Assembly (NCBI GenBank): GCA_942493085.1
Contig: OW818664.1
Location: forward strand, 1,027,709-1,091,708
Source of the DNA: an uncultured beta proteobacterium
GTDB lineage: Bacteria; Pseudomonadota; Gammaproteobacteria; Burkholderiales; Thiobacillaceae
Length of the DNA stretch: 64,000 bases
Reading direction: 5' to 3'
Shown: positions 26,852 to 35,829 of the stretch, piece after piece
Layout: the number at the start of each line of letters is the position of its first letter
Numbering within the stretch: the stretch's first letter is position 1
Notes under the pieces: model-generated
What the model was told of the DNA's origin: nothing
Databases searched by the model: none
The model's input: only the letters and a program-made list of their open reading frames with translations
Translations under genes and position numbers: made by a program

Positions 26852-28672
26852 TTAGGTCGGGTTCGATGGTGAGGTGAGATTTTGACTCATCGCGTTGAGA
26901 TAGAGGTTGATCTGCATCAGACGCATCATGACGCTGATGGGGTGGATGCGGTCGGCCTGATATCGCCTGGCGGTGATTCGCCAGGTTCCGGGTAACGCCT
27001 GCCACCAGCGGGTACGCGGGATGGGGTAGGGCTTGCCGGCGAGCAGACTGTCGATGAGTGCGAACAGACTGTCGGGTCTGAACAATGCAGCCAGACGCGG
27101 ATCGAGTTGACGATGAAACTGGACTCGGATGAATTCGGCCAGAGAAGGATTGGCGGGGATGGACTGCCGGTAAGTCTGTGCCTGGGGGATTGAGTCCTTG
27201 TGGGCAAACGGAATGGCAGCCAGATCAGGATGGGCTTTTTGCAGCATTTTCTTGGCCAGGGCATTTCCGCTGCGCAAGGCGCCAGGCATTGAAATGAGGC
27301 AGTCCACCAGGTCCTCGTCCAGCCAGGGCCGTGCCTGCTCGAACCGCCGCAGATTGGCTGCGGTGAATGCATTCTGCCGGTTGAACAGCCGCTGTTCAAA
27401 ATAGATTTTGTCCCGCAAGTCCTGCGGGTCGATGTTGGTGCCCGCTGCCCGTATGTCGTTGAGCGTGTGTTCGATGCTGCTGCGGGCGTGTCGAAGAACT
27501 GCAGGATCGAACAGGTCCTCCAGCCGGCTGGCAAAGGCAAAGGCAAACACGCCGGCCTGGATGAGCGCCTCGTCCGGCGAGGCGGCATGATAGCCGTAAT
27601 AACTTTTGTCCCCCTGGATGAACTGGTCGTATGTTTCTGCCAGTTGATCCTGCAGCAATCCGAGCGACGGGGTGTCGACCGTTTCGGCACGGCAATCGGC
27701 ACGAAGCGCGGCATCGAGAAAATGGTCCTCGGGGTTTGCCGTGGAAATCGGGAGATAGGCAAACGGCAAACCGCAGTGCTGGGCGAGTTGACGGGCAATC
27801 GGGGCGTCGTCGCCTTCCTGGGTGCCGTAGGTGACCGCAGGGATGCGCAAGCCGTTTTCCCGCAGGCCACCCAGGATCATGCGGGAATCGAGCCCCCCGC
27901 TCAGGTACAGAAAGGGGCGATCGCAATGCGCCAGCAGCCTATGGATGGACTGACTGAAAAGGGAAAGCGCTTCCCCGACCCAGTTATCCTCGCTGCCGGG
28001 ATCCTTGTCCGGTTCGATCTGGATGTGCCAGTAGCGGCGGATGGCCATCGAATCTGGTCCGAGGCTCATGACCGAGGCAGGCGGCAATTTCTTGATGCTG
28101 GGAAACAGGGTCCGGTCGTTGTAATAGCTGGCGAAAATCAGAAATTCACTCACCGCCACTGGATCGATTTCCTGTAGGGGCGGCGCAGCACAAGCCAGGC
28201 CGGCCACTTCCGGGCCCGCCAGCACGGATTGGTCTGCATCCTGCCGGTAATAAAGCGGGCGGCTGGCGCGCCGGTCGTTGAACAGGTGGGCCTTGTTGTC
28301 GCGGCTGTCGAGGATCAGGCCGGTGTACGAGCCGCGCAGACCGGGCAGGAAACTGAGTCCCGACTCCAGGTAAAGTGCCAATACGGCGGCGGCAGGTGCA
28401 TGCGGGAATGCCGACTGTCCCGTGATGTGGGTCAGATAGCCTTCGACGAGAACAGTGACCCCGGCTTCGTGAACGGCGTGCGTGTACGACGGCTCATGCC
28501 GAGTGTCCGCCCGGGCCGACAGCCAGTCGCCCAGGTGCGCGTTCGACAGGTGGCGGCCCGCAGGAGGGCGCGTGACGTCTGTAAGATGGAAGCGCCCGGA
28601 TGCAAGCGTGATTCCCGGAATGGTCTGCATGGTCTGGATTCTGTTCTTGTTTTGGTGGGTGGAGTTCTTCAC
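26852..28672 (-). CDS. Asparagine synthetase (AsnB)-like protein 2 with a degenerate N-terminal domain
   Basis: PP-loop FLYLSGGLDSRMILGG and AsnB-like C-terminal domain. No Cys near either candidate start (MKNSTHQ at 28672 or MQTIPGITLASG at 28630). Confidence 0.8.
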   Translation of the reverse strand: MKNSTHQNKNRIQTMQTIPGITLASGRFHLTDVTRPPAGRHLSNAHLGDWLSARADTRHEPSYTHAVHEAGVTVLVEGYLTHITGQSAFPHAPAAAVLALYLESGLSFLPGLRGSYTGLILDSRDNKAHLFNDRRASRPLYYRQDADQSVLAGPEVAGLACAAPPLQEIDPVAVSEFLIFASYYNDRTLFPSIKKLPPASVMSLGPDSMAIRRYWHIQIEPDKDPGSEDNWVGEALSLFSQSIHRLLAHCDRPFLYLSGGLDSRMILGGLRENGLRIPAVTYGTQEGDDAPIARQLAQHCGLPFAYLPISTANPEDHFLDAALRADCRAETVDTPSLGLLQDQLAETYDQFIQGDKSYYGYHAASPDEALIQAGVFAFAFASRLEDLFDPAVLRHARSSIEHTLNDIRAAGTNIDPQDLRDKIYFEQRLFNRQNAFTAANLRRFEQARPWLDEDLVDCLISMPGALRSGNALAKKMLQKAHPDLAAIPFAHKDSIPQAQTYRQSIPANPSLAEFIRVQFHRQLDPRLAALFRPDSLFALIDSLLAGKPYPIPRTRWWQALPGTWRITARRYQADRIHPISVMMRLMQINLYLNAMSQNLTSPSNPT

Positions 28673-28682
28673 GCTGCTGCGA

Positions 28683-29513
28683 TCAGGCTGTCAGCATCCA
28701 TTCGCATTTCGTGCCGGCAAGCAGGTCTTCCACCTCCCGGTAGTTCTCGACCAGTTCTTGCAGCGTTTTGATGTTGACCCGCTTCAGAGTCACTTCCGCA
28801 TCGTGGTAAGGAAGGCCGAGATGCGTCAGGATTTCGCGATACGCGACCAGTGGATCGGCCTCGATGTGGTCTTCATAGTACAGCGGGAGGAAGTCGAAAT
28901 ACTCGCCTACCAGGTGACGGGCTTTTTCGGTTTCCTCGTTGATATGTTGGATCATCTCCAACAGCGGCGCATATTTGCCCTGAATCCGGACGCGCTGCAA
29001 ATCGATACGCAGTCGGCCCTTCAATTCGGCATCCTTGCCCTTTGCCACGTGATAAGACTCTCGCAGCCCTTGATCGACGATCTGTACCGAGATCAGCTTG
29101 CGCAGGGTATTGCGGCGATCCAGGAAAATGCAGCGGGAAAATCCGTATTCGTGAATGACATCCAGGAATTGCCTGAGTACTACGCCCAGCGTGGGCAAAT
29201 GCTGGCTCGGCAAGCCTTTGAGCTCAAAGCCCGGCAGTTTACGGCCGGATTCGATCTGCGCGTATTTGAGGTCGTCGCGGAAATTCGGTCGCGGCGTTCC
29301 GGCATCGGCATAGGGCTCATAGATCTCGCCGCGCCAGCGTATGCCAGGGTGCTGGTTGAGGATGCGGCCCAGCACCGTGCTACCACAGCGGCCGTGATGC
29401 CACATGAATACGCCCTTGCGCTTGTCGGCAGGGAAAAGCGGGTAAGCGGGTGCCAGTAATTTGATCTTGAGCTGCCTGGGTATCCGGTTCGACTGGATAA
29501 AGCGCGTCAGCAT
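28683..29513 (-). CDS. Sulfotransferase family protein (paralogue 3, Stf0-like)
   Basis: 5'-PSB-like FMWHHGRCGSTVLGRIL; 3'-PB-like IFLDRRNTLRKLISV. This is the weakest of the four assignments. Confidence 0.65.
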   Translation of the reverse strand: MLTRFIQSNRIPRQLKIKLLAPAYPLFPADKRKGVFMWHHGRCGSTVLGRILNQHPGIRWRGEIYEPYADAGTPRPNFRDDLKYAQIESGRKLPGFELKGLPSQHLPTLGVVLRQFLDVIHEYGFSRCIFLDRRNTLRKLISVQIVDQGLRESYHVAKGKDAELKGRLRIDLQRVRIQGKYAPLLEMIQHINEETEKARHLVGEYFDFLPLYYEDHIEADPLVAYREILTHLGLPYHDAEVTLKRVNIKTLQELVENYREVEDLLAGTKCEWMLTA

Positions 29514-29657
29514 TGTCGGTCATCCCCCTGAAGTCTGTTTTTCGAATTTGCCCGCCTTGAGGGCCTGTCGTGCTTGGGTATCGAACATCATACTTGAAGG
29601 TCTGTTTCTTCCACCCGCTGCGTGGAAAACACCTCCGGCGAGCAGCGTGCATTCAAA

Positions 29658-30602
29658 TCATGGTTCTTCGGTGGGCGCATCCCGGTCTCGCAGCCCGACC
29701 AGCTTCCTGTGCCACGATTCCGGCAGCCAGGCAGGCAGCATGTATTTCCAGTCGGCGAGCGTTCCATAGCCTTGTTTCATGACGACACGAAAGATGTGCC
29801 GGGCAGCGGGAAGCTCTCGTTTCCAGTAACAGATATAGCCACGCGCCAGCAGTTCGCCAAGCATCAGCGTGCGCGCCTTCCTTTTGCCGAGCAAGGCCTG
29901 GAAATCAGGGTGTCGGGCAAGATAGGCGCGTTGTGCATGCAGGTGGTGAAGCGCTGCCCGCGCCTTGTTGGCCGAAGCCTGGCCGTCATCATGAAAGTGG
30001 TAAAACGCCAGCACTTCGGGAACACGTACGATAGGTGCGTTTGTCGCAACCTGCAGCCACAGCGCATAGTCCTCGGCATTTTTCAGCCTGGCGTCGAAGC
30101 CGCCCGCAGCCAGCACGGCCTCACGCTTGACCAGCGCAGCGTGGATCGGCCAGCGGCAGCCGGCAAACAGAGTTTCGGCCTTGGCAGCGTTTTCGTAATC
30201 CGGCGGCACAAAGGGTTCTCCGCGCCCCCCGGGCAGCCCCAGGTTTTGCCAGCCGCAGTACGCCAGAACGGCTTCGGGACGGGCCTGCAGCGCAGTCTGC
30301 ATTTTCTCCAGGAAGTTCGGGGCCCAGGTGTCATCAGCGTCCAGGAATGCCACGTAGTCCCCGCGGGCGTGTGCCAGGCCGGCATTGCGTGCTGCGCTCA
30401 CCCCCCGGTTTTCCTGTGGGCAAACCCAGATGCGCGAATCAGCTTGTGCCTGCAGCCAGGCCAGCGTGCCGTCGCTGGAGCCGTCGTCGATCGCGATCAG
30501 TTCCCAACTGGCGAAGGTTTGCGCCAGCACGCTGCCCACGCTTTCCGGCAGATGCGCCGCAGCGTTGTAACAGGGCATGATGACCGAAATGACGGGATTC
30601 AT
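29658..30602 (-). CDS. Glycosyltransferase family 2
   Basis: Start ATG 30602 (MNPVISVIMPCYNAAAHLPESVGSVLAQTFASWELIAIDDGSSDGT), 7 nt after the upstream stop; FLDADDTW. Confidence 0.85.
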   Translation of the reverse strand: MNPVISVIMPCYNAAAHLPESVGSVLAQTFASWELIAIDDGSSDGTLAWLQAQADSRIWVCPQENRGVSAARNAGLAHARGDYVAFLDADDTWAPNFLEKMQTALQARPEAVLAYCGWQNLGLPGGRGEPFVPPDYENAAKAETLFAGCRWPIHAALVKREAVLAAGGFDARLKNAEDYALWLQVATNAPIVRVPEVLAFYHFHDDGQASANKARAALHHLHAQRAYLARHPDFQALLGKRKARTLMLGELLARGYICYWKRELPAARHIFRVVMKQGYGTLADWKYMLPAWLPESWHRKLVGLRDRDAPTEEP

Positions 30603-30609
30603 GGGTGGA

Positions 30610-31404
30610 TCAAATAGGCTGCAGTGTCCGAAGTGCATGACGGACGACGTCCCGCCAGCGTACGTCGTGGCTGCCGAAACAGAGCTTGCGTGCGAACCTG
30701 CCCGGCGTGTCGGTGTTGAATATGGTCAGCCGCCGTAGTTGATAGGGGGTGTTGTCGCGCAGCGCCCACCCGGTACGGGTACTGCATGCTGCGGTATAGC
30801 CAGCCTGTTTGACCGCTTCGGCACAGCGCGTATCCCATGCGCCATAGGGATAGGCGAAACTGCTAACGGTGTGCTCCGTCATGTCTTCAAGCACGGCCCT
30901 CGAGTCGGTCAACTCCTGCGCCAGGCGTGCATCGTCGACGTCGGTCAGGCGTACGTGAGTGATGGTATGAGAACCGATCTCCATGCCGCTTTCTCGCATT
31001 CCTCGCAACTCGGCTGCATTCAGCAGCCGCCCTGCGGGCCGGCCGTCCTCGGGCCATCGGGGCGGCCGGCCGACCGAGCCGGTAACGATGAACCAGGATG
31101 CGCGCATGCCGCGTTTCTGCAGTTCCTCGCACGCTGCCAGATTGTCGAGGTAGCCGTCGTCAAAGGTGATGACGGCGGTACGTCCCTGCCATTCCTTTGC
31201 AGGCAAGGCGATCAGTTCGCCCATGGTCGGCGAGGCATATCCTTCGCCGGCCAGAAAATCGAGCTGATTGCGGAACTGCTGCATGGATACGGCCCACGGC
31301 CAGGCAGGCGTACCCGTGCCCGGGGTGACGGCGTGGTACATGAGCATGACGGGGCCATGCGTGCCGGCGCCGCGATGCAGATAGCGCGAAATGGGATCGA
31401 TCAC
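30610..31404 (-). CDS. Polysaccharide deacetylase (NodB / CE4 family)
   Basis: NodB motifs TAVITFDDGYLDN and MEIGSHTITH. Position and size match the deacetylases of PEP-CTERM-type EPS loci. Confidence 0.9.
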   Translation of the reverse strand: MIDPISRYLHRGAGTHGPVMLMYHAVTPGTGTPAWPWAVSMQQFRNQLDFLAGEGYASPTMGELIALPAKEWQGRTAVITFDDGYLDNLAACEELQKRGMRASWFIVTGSVGRPPRWPEDGRPAGRLLNAAELRGMRESGMEIGSHTITHVRLTDVDDARLAQELTDSRAVLEDMTEHTVSSFAYPYGAWDTRCAEAVKQAGYTAACSTRTGWALRDNTPYQLRRLTIFNTDTPGRFARKLCFGSHDVRWRDVVRHALRTLQPI

Positions 31405-31405
31405 C

Positions 31406-32209
31406 TCAATAGCCCCATTGCTTCATTTCGCCCGACAACCAGTAATGCAGGCGCACGCGTTCCCACGTGCTGAGATGTGACTGATTCGCCGCGCGCCAGT
31501 CGACCTGACTGGTGCGGGTGAAGTCGGCGGGCGGACGGGTGCCGATGTCCAGATACTCCAGAATCCGGCTTTGCAGGGCCGGGTCGGCGATGAAATCCTC
31601 GTATCGCATGGCCAGGCCGAAATCCGCCTGGCGGAACTGCATGGAGCGCGTGCGCCAGTGTTCAGCATAGTATTTCAGGGTGGCATGTCCTGCTGTCCGG
31701 CCCATCCAGTCGCGGCGCTTGAGGGACAGCATGACGTCGAACGGATTGCGAACCAGAAACAGAAAACGGGCATCCGGGAACAGCGCCCGCAACTGCCGGG
31801 CGGTGGCGAGGTCGCAGCGCGTTTCCTTGATTCCGTAGCGCGGATAACCCAGAGACAGCGCGCGCTGCCCGTAAAGCGTGTCGAACAGTCCATATACAGC
31901 GTGGCGGATGTCAGCGTAGGGCGGGGACAGATTGGCGATCCATTGGCTGGCGTGTTCGGCCTTGGGTGAGGCGATGAATTTGCCGTAGGCGAATTCGCCC
32001 TTGCCTCCGATGCCGCTCGCAAAGCGGCGCGAGCTGTCTGCGGTGATCTGCTCCCAGCCGGCGACGGCCTCTGAGATGGCGTTGAGGGCGCCGCCCGTCT
32101 CGCCCCACACCAGCACTTCGCCGGAAGCCGTGATGAAGCGCTGCAGCAGCGTGCTGCCGGAACGCCATGAGGACGAGAAGACAAAAATGGGTTGGGCTGG
32201 AGGATTCAT
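31406..32209 (-). CDS. Sulfotransferase family protein (paralogue 4)
   Basis: ATGA overlap with the wzx stop (ATG 32209, MNPPAQPIF). 5'-PSB-like FVFSSSWRSGSTLLQRFI; 3'-PB-like LFLVRNPFDVMLSL. Confidence 0.8.
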   Translation of the reverse strand: MNPPAQPIFVFSSSWRSGSTLLQRFITASGEVLVWGETGGALNAISEAVAGWEQITADSSRRFASGIGGKGEFAYGKFIASPKAEHASQWIANLSPPYADIRHAVYGLFDTLYGQRALSLGYPRYGIKETRCDLATARQLRALFPDARFLFLVRNPFDVMLSLKRRDWMGRTAGHATLKYYAEHWRTRSMQFRQADFGLAMRYEDFIADPALQSRILEYLDIGTRPPADFTRTSQVDWRAANQSHLSTWERVRLHYWLSGEMKQWGY

Positions 32210-33675
32210 TGTCCGATAGGGTATGTCAGTCTCAGTTTCGCTTTCCAGCGCCGGCGTTCGGTCGCCAGGGCTGGTATCGGCAGGAACAGCAGGCACCCGG
32301 CATACACCAGTGCGCCGGCTATGCCCAAGACCGCGACCTTCACGAGAGCGTGTCCGAGCCAGTCAGGTGGCAGCAATTGTTCGAGTAGATACAACGAAAA
32401 AGCGAGTATGGCATTCAGCAGAACGGCTGGAACGATCGCCCGCAGTCCGCTCAGCCATCCGGCTTGAAGGCATCTCAGGGCCAGGCGGTGCATGTAAATG
32501 CCGCTGAATCCTGCGGCGCCGACGATGGCCCAGGCAACGCCATCAATACCATAGGGCAAGGCTGTGATAACGCCGAGCACAGCGATGATCAAGGTGGCAA
32601 CTTGTATTTTCAATTCATGCCCTAGCCAGTTCCGGGCGGCGAGAACGGCGCCGGACAGCTTGTTCGCCAGCCAGAACGGCCAGGCGAACGCCAGGATCAT
32701 CAATGGCCCTGCGGATGCGACCCATTTTTCGCCATAAATGCCGTGGATGAGCGGTTCGGCCAGCCACAACAGGCCAATATAGAAAGGCGTGGCGTAAACG
32801 GCAACCAGCGCGATGCTGCGAAAGAAAAGATAACGGCATTTGTCGAGGTCGTCCTGTTCGGCCGCCATGGCGCGAAACAGAACCTGATACACCGATCCGG
32901 TAATGAAGCTGTGCGGCATTCGGGCCAGGCTCTCGCCCTTGTTGAATAGGCCGACGCTGGCCGGCCCGAGCGTGCGGGACAGGATGAAGATGCTGACCTG
33001 CGTGCGCAGGTAGTTGACGATATCGTTGACCGAAACCAGCAGGCCATAGCGCGCGATGTCGCGCCCGCGGCTGAAATCCAGCGAAAAACCGGGGCGCCAG
33101 CGGGCCAGCGGAATCAGCACGGCCGCACTGTAGATCGAACCGGCGATGCCGCCCCAGATCAGGCTCCACACACCGTAGCCCAGCCAGGCCATGAAGATGC
33201 TTGTGGAACTGGAGACCAGCAGTCCGCTGATGCCGACGACGGTTTGCGCCTTGTAGCGCATGTGCCGATACAGCATGCTGGCCGGCAGGTTGACCAGCGG
33301 ACGGAAAATGAAGGAGAGGGCGGACACGCGCAGCAGGTCGGTATACAACGGGGTGTCGTACCAGCGGGCGAACCAGGGTGCGGCAAAGAAGAACCCGGCA
33401 TAGATCAGGCAGCCGATGCCGAGCTGCAGGGTGAAAACGATGTCGTAGTCCTGCTGGGTGGCAGTCTTGGCGCGCACCAGCGCCTGTCCCATGCCGCCGC
33501 CGGCGACGAAACCGGCCATCCCGGTGAAAACCTGGATGGTGAGCAGGATGCCGAAATCCTCGGGCGCCAACAGACGCGCTAGTACGATGCCGAACAGAAA
33601 GGCCAGTATCTGTTTGCCGCTGTTGCCGACAAACAGCCAGGCAACACCGTGGCGGATGTTTTGGCCGAGATTCAT
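32206..33675 (-). CDS. wzx: Oligosaccharide-unit flippase (MOP/Wzx family)
   Basis: 489 aa, about 12-14 hydrophobic helices. N-terminus MNLGQNIRHGVAWLFVGNSGKQILAFLFGIVLARLLAPEDFG, typical of polysaccharide-biosynthesis/Wzx proteins. Confidence 0.85.
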   Translation of the reverse strand: MNLGQNIRHGVAWLFVGNSGKQILAFLFGIVLARLLAPEDFGILLTIQVFTGMAGFVAGGGMGQALVRAKTATQQDYDIVFTLQLGIGCLIYAGFFFAAPWFARWYDTPLYTDLLRVSALSFIFRPLVNLPASMLYRHMRYKAQTVVGISGLLVSSSTSIFMAWLGYGVWSLIWGGIAGSIYSAAVLIPLARWRPGFSLDFSRGRDIARYGLLVSVNDIVNYLRTQVSIFILSRTLGPASVGLFNKGESLARMPHSFITGSVYQVLFRAMAAEQDDLDKCRYLFFRSIALVAVYATPFYIGLLWLAEPLIHGIYGEKWVASAGPLMILAFAWPFWLANKLSGAVLAARNWLGHELKIQVATLIIAVLGVITALPYGIDGVAWAIVGAAGFSGIYMHRLALRCLQAGWLSGLRAIVPAVLLNAILAFSLYLLEQLLPPDWLGHALVKVAVLGIAGALVYAGCLLFLPIPALATERRRWKAKLRLTYPIGQ

Positions 33676-33987
33676 GCCGGGCCAGGTGTTCCACTCGGTC
33701 GGCTATTGCGGGTGTGTATTAAATGATTGGTGCTACCGGCAGTATGGCGTTGTTGGGTGGAAGGCTGTTTACCCGGCAACGACAGGGTGCGAACCGTGCG
33801 GAATGCGGCTGGAGAGGTGTTGAAGTGGTGTGGGATGGCGTTCATGCCCCGCTATTCTAATGGCCAAAGATGAATGCAGCCATGCGTCATGTGCCATGGG
33901 CGATGCAGTGTGCGGGACGTGCCTGTCTGCATCCTTCCTGCGTACGCCTGGAATCCGGGACAGCCAGAGGATTTGGGTTTTTCTGCC

Positions 33988-34551
33988 TCAAATGTGTGCG
34001 CTCCGCCGCCGCGTGACGAAATCAACCAGATTTCGATAAAGCGCTGCGGGCAGCAGGCTGGCGACAAGGTGCTTGAGGTCAGTGGCCTTCCAGTCTGCCT
34101 TGTGAAATGCGCGGCGAAACAGACGGCGGGCTGACTCGGTGTCGTTGCGCCAGTGGCAGCGATAGGCTTCGTGCAGCAGAGGTGCGTAGATCAATTCGTT
34201 CAGGCGGATTGGGGTCAGGTGGCGGACGAATTCAGGCTGAGCGCGAGCGAAGTCCTGGCGTACGGCGACGGCATCGAACACCTGCCGCCAGTGCGGGATG
34301 TGGGCATTGCCGCGCGGATAACGGCGGTAAAACGCCAGCACTTCGGGCACGCGCACAAGTTTGGGCTGGTGCGCCAGCATGTTGAGCCAAAGGTCGAGGT
34401 CCATGGCGGTGGGCGCGCGCTCGGAAAATTCCCGCAATCCGTCGATGAGGGGGCGGCGGATCAGCACGCTGTTAATCGCCTCTTCGACAAAGGGCGCGGC
34501 GTTGTAGCAAGGCATGACGACGGTAATCAGTTCAGGGTCGAAGTGGTCCAT
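33988..34551 (-). pseudogene. Internally deleted copy of the GT2 gene at 39107..40075 (catalytic core missing)
   Basis: Hand alignment gives two colinear segments. 34022-34473 aligns to 39147-39598 (5 mismatches in about 452 nt). 34475-34551 aligns to 39999-40075 (5 mismatches in about 78 nt). A 399-bp in-frame deletion between CAGCACGCT copies removes the DxD-containing GT-A core. Confidence 0.8.
34022..34551 (-). repeat. Direct repeat copy A (truncated GT2), paired with 39147..40075
   Basis: See the alignment above; constant offsets of 5125 and 5524 nt. Confidence 0.9.
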
Positions 34552-34557
34552 AGGCCA

Positions 34558-35686
34558 AGGGAAACACTGAACAATTCACCCCGCCAGAAATGGAAACTCG
34601 CTTCTTGCGGACTTTGTCCGCGAAGTGGCTCATTTTTGAGGCAAAGGGCGGGGTTTTATGGGTCATTTTGCTGATCTTCCGTTTTCAGGACGCTCCTTGG
34701 GAGTTCTCGCCCAGCAACCACCGGCGCGCCTTGCGGTGGCGGAAGAGGTTCTTCACGACATGGAAGGGGTCTCGACCTTGGCTCGAATACTGGCCTTGGT
34801 ATGCTCCATGCGCTCCAACCGTTCACCCAGTGCCGTTTTGGGCAAGGCCTTGTGCTTGCTTGGCCGCATTGCAACATGGCAGGTGACCGGTAGTCCCAGG
34901 TTTTCTTGCCGCTTCTCGACGCCTTGGTAACCCGCGTCGCCAAATACATCGGTCGCGTCGCCGTGCAGAAGCGCCTGTGCCTGGGTCACGTCATGCGTAT
35001 TGGCGGCTGTGCCGACGACGGTGTGGACGAGTCCGGACTGGGCGTCGACACCGATATGCGCTTTCATGCCGAAATGCCACTGTTTGCCTTTCTTGCTCTG
35101 GTGCATTTCCTTGTCTCGCTTGCCTTCCTTGTTCTTGGCTGAGAGAGAAGCGGCGATCAGCGTGGCGTCGACTATGGTGCCCTCGCGAAGAAGCAGTCCT
35201 TTCTCCGCCAGATGGGCGTTGATCGCATTAAAGCTGGACTCGGTCAGTTGGCGACCTTCCAGCAAACGGCGGAATTTGAGGAGTGTGGTGGCATCCGGGG
35301 CGGCTTCGCGGCTGAGGTCGATTCCGACAAAGCAGCGGATCGCCTGGCTGTCGTAGAGGGTGTCTTCTGTCCCTTCATCCGATAGGCCAAAGCACTGCTA
35401 CGCGACAGACATCCGCAGCATTCGCTCCAAGCCAATCGGCGGGCGGCCACGGCCACCCCCGTTCGGGTAGTGCGGGGCAACCGCTTGGCACAGCAATGCC
35501 CACGGCGTCACCGCTTCAATTTCAGCCAGAGAACGATCTCGACGCGTCCGCTTCTACTTTGCCGCGAATTCCCGTTCCGAAAAGCTCGCCTGTGCCACGT
35601 TCTTCTCCGCCAAATCGCTCAACACGATTTTCTAAAATCTGGAACCGAAGGTCACCAAAACGATGGATTAAATCAGCGTTTCCCTG
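34558..35686 (-). mobile_element. Decayed IS5-family insertion sequence (transposase pseudogene)
   Basis: Imperfect terminal inverted repeats AGGGAAACACTG (34559-) and CAGCGTTTCCCT (35674-35685). The minus-strand reading frame has IS5-type transposase similarity (...RPPIGLERMLRM..., QCFGLSDEGTEDTLYDSQAIRCFVGIDL, DATLIAA, FGDAGYQG, RAKVE) but two in-frame TAG stops (35554-35556, 35398-35400) and a frameshift after ...RAKVE (about 34760). Confidence 0.75.
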
Positions 35687-35829
35687 GCTATTTAAGATTG
35701 ATCTTTATGGTTTTCTTGCGTAACGATTCCTGCGAGGTTTGGCATTAAAACCCATATTATTTCGTATGTTCCACTATCTTGAGAGTGGCTAGAGGCCCAT
35801 ATTCCGCTGCGACTCATCCGGTTGTTGCA

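Noticed and set aside
33676-33987. The 312-bp spacer upstream of wzx, searched for sigma-54 or other recognisable regulatory motifs and for small ORFs (33830..34039, 33852..34067).
   Set aside because: There is no TGGCAC-N5-TTGC match with correct spacing. The small ORFs lack ribosome-binding sites or motifs. The region is probably an ordinary promoter that I cannot define by eye.
35398-35556. Both in-frame stops in the IS5 transposase are TAG, so I considered amber read-through or recoding.
   Set aside because: The element also has a frameshift and C-terminal decay, and there is nothing suggesting a recoding system. Simple pseudogenisation is the parsimonious reading.
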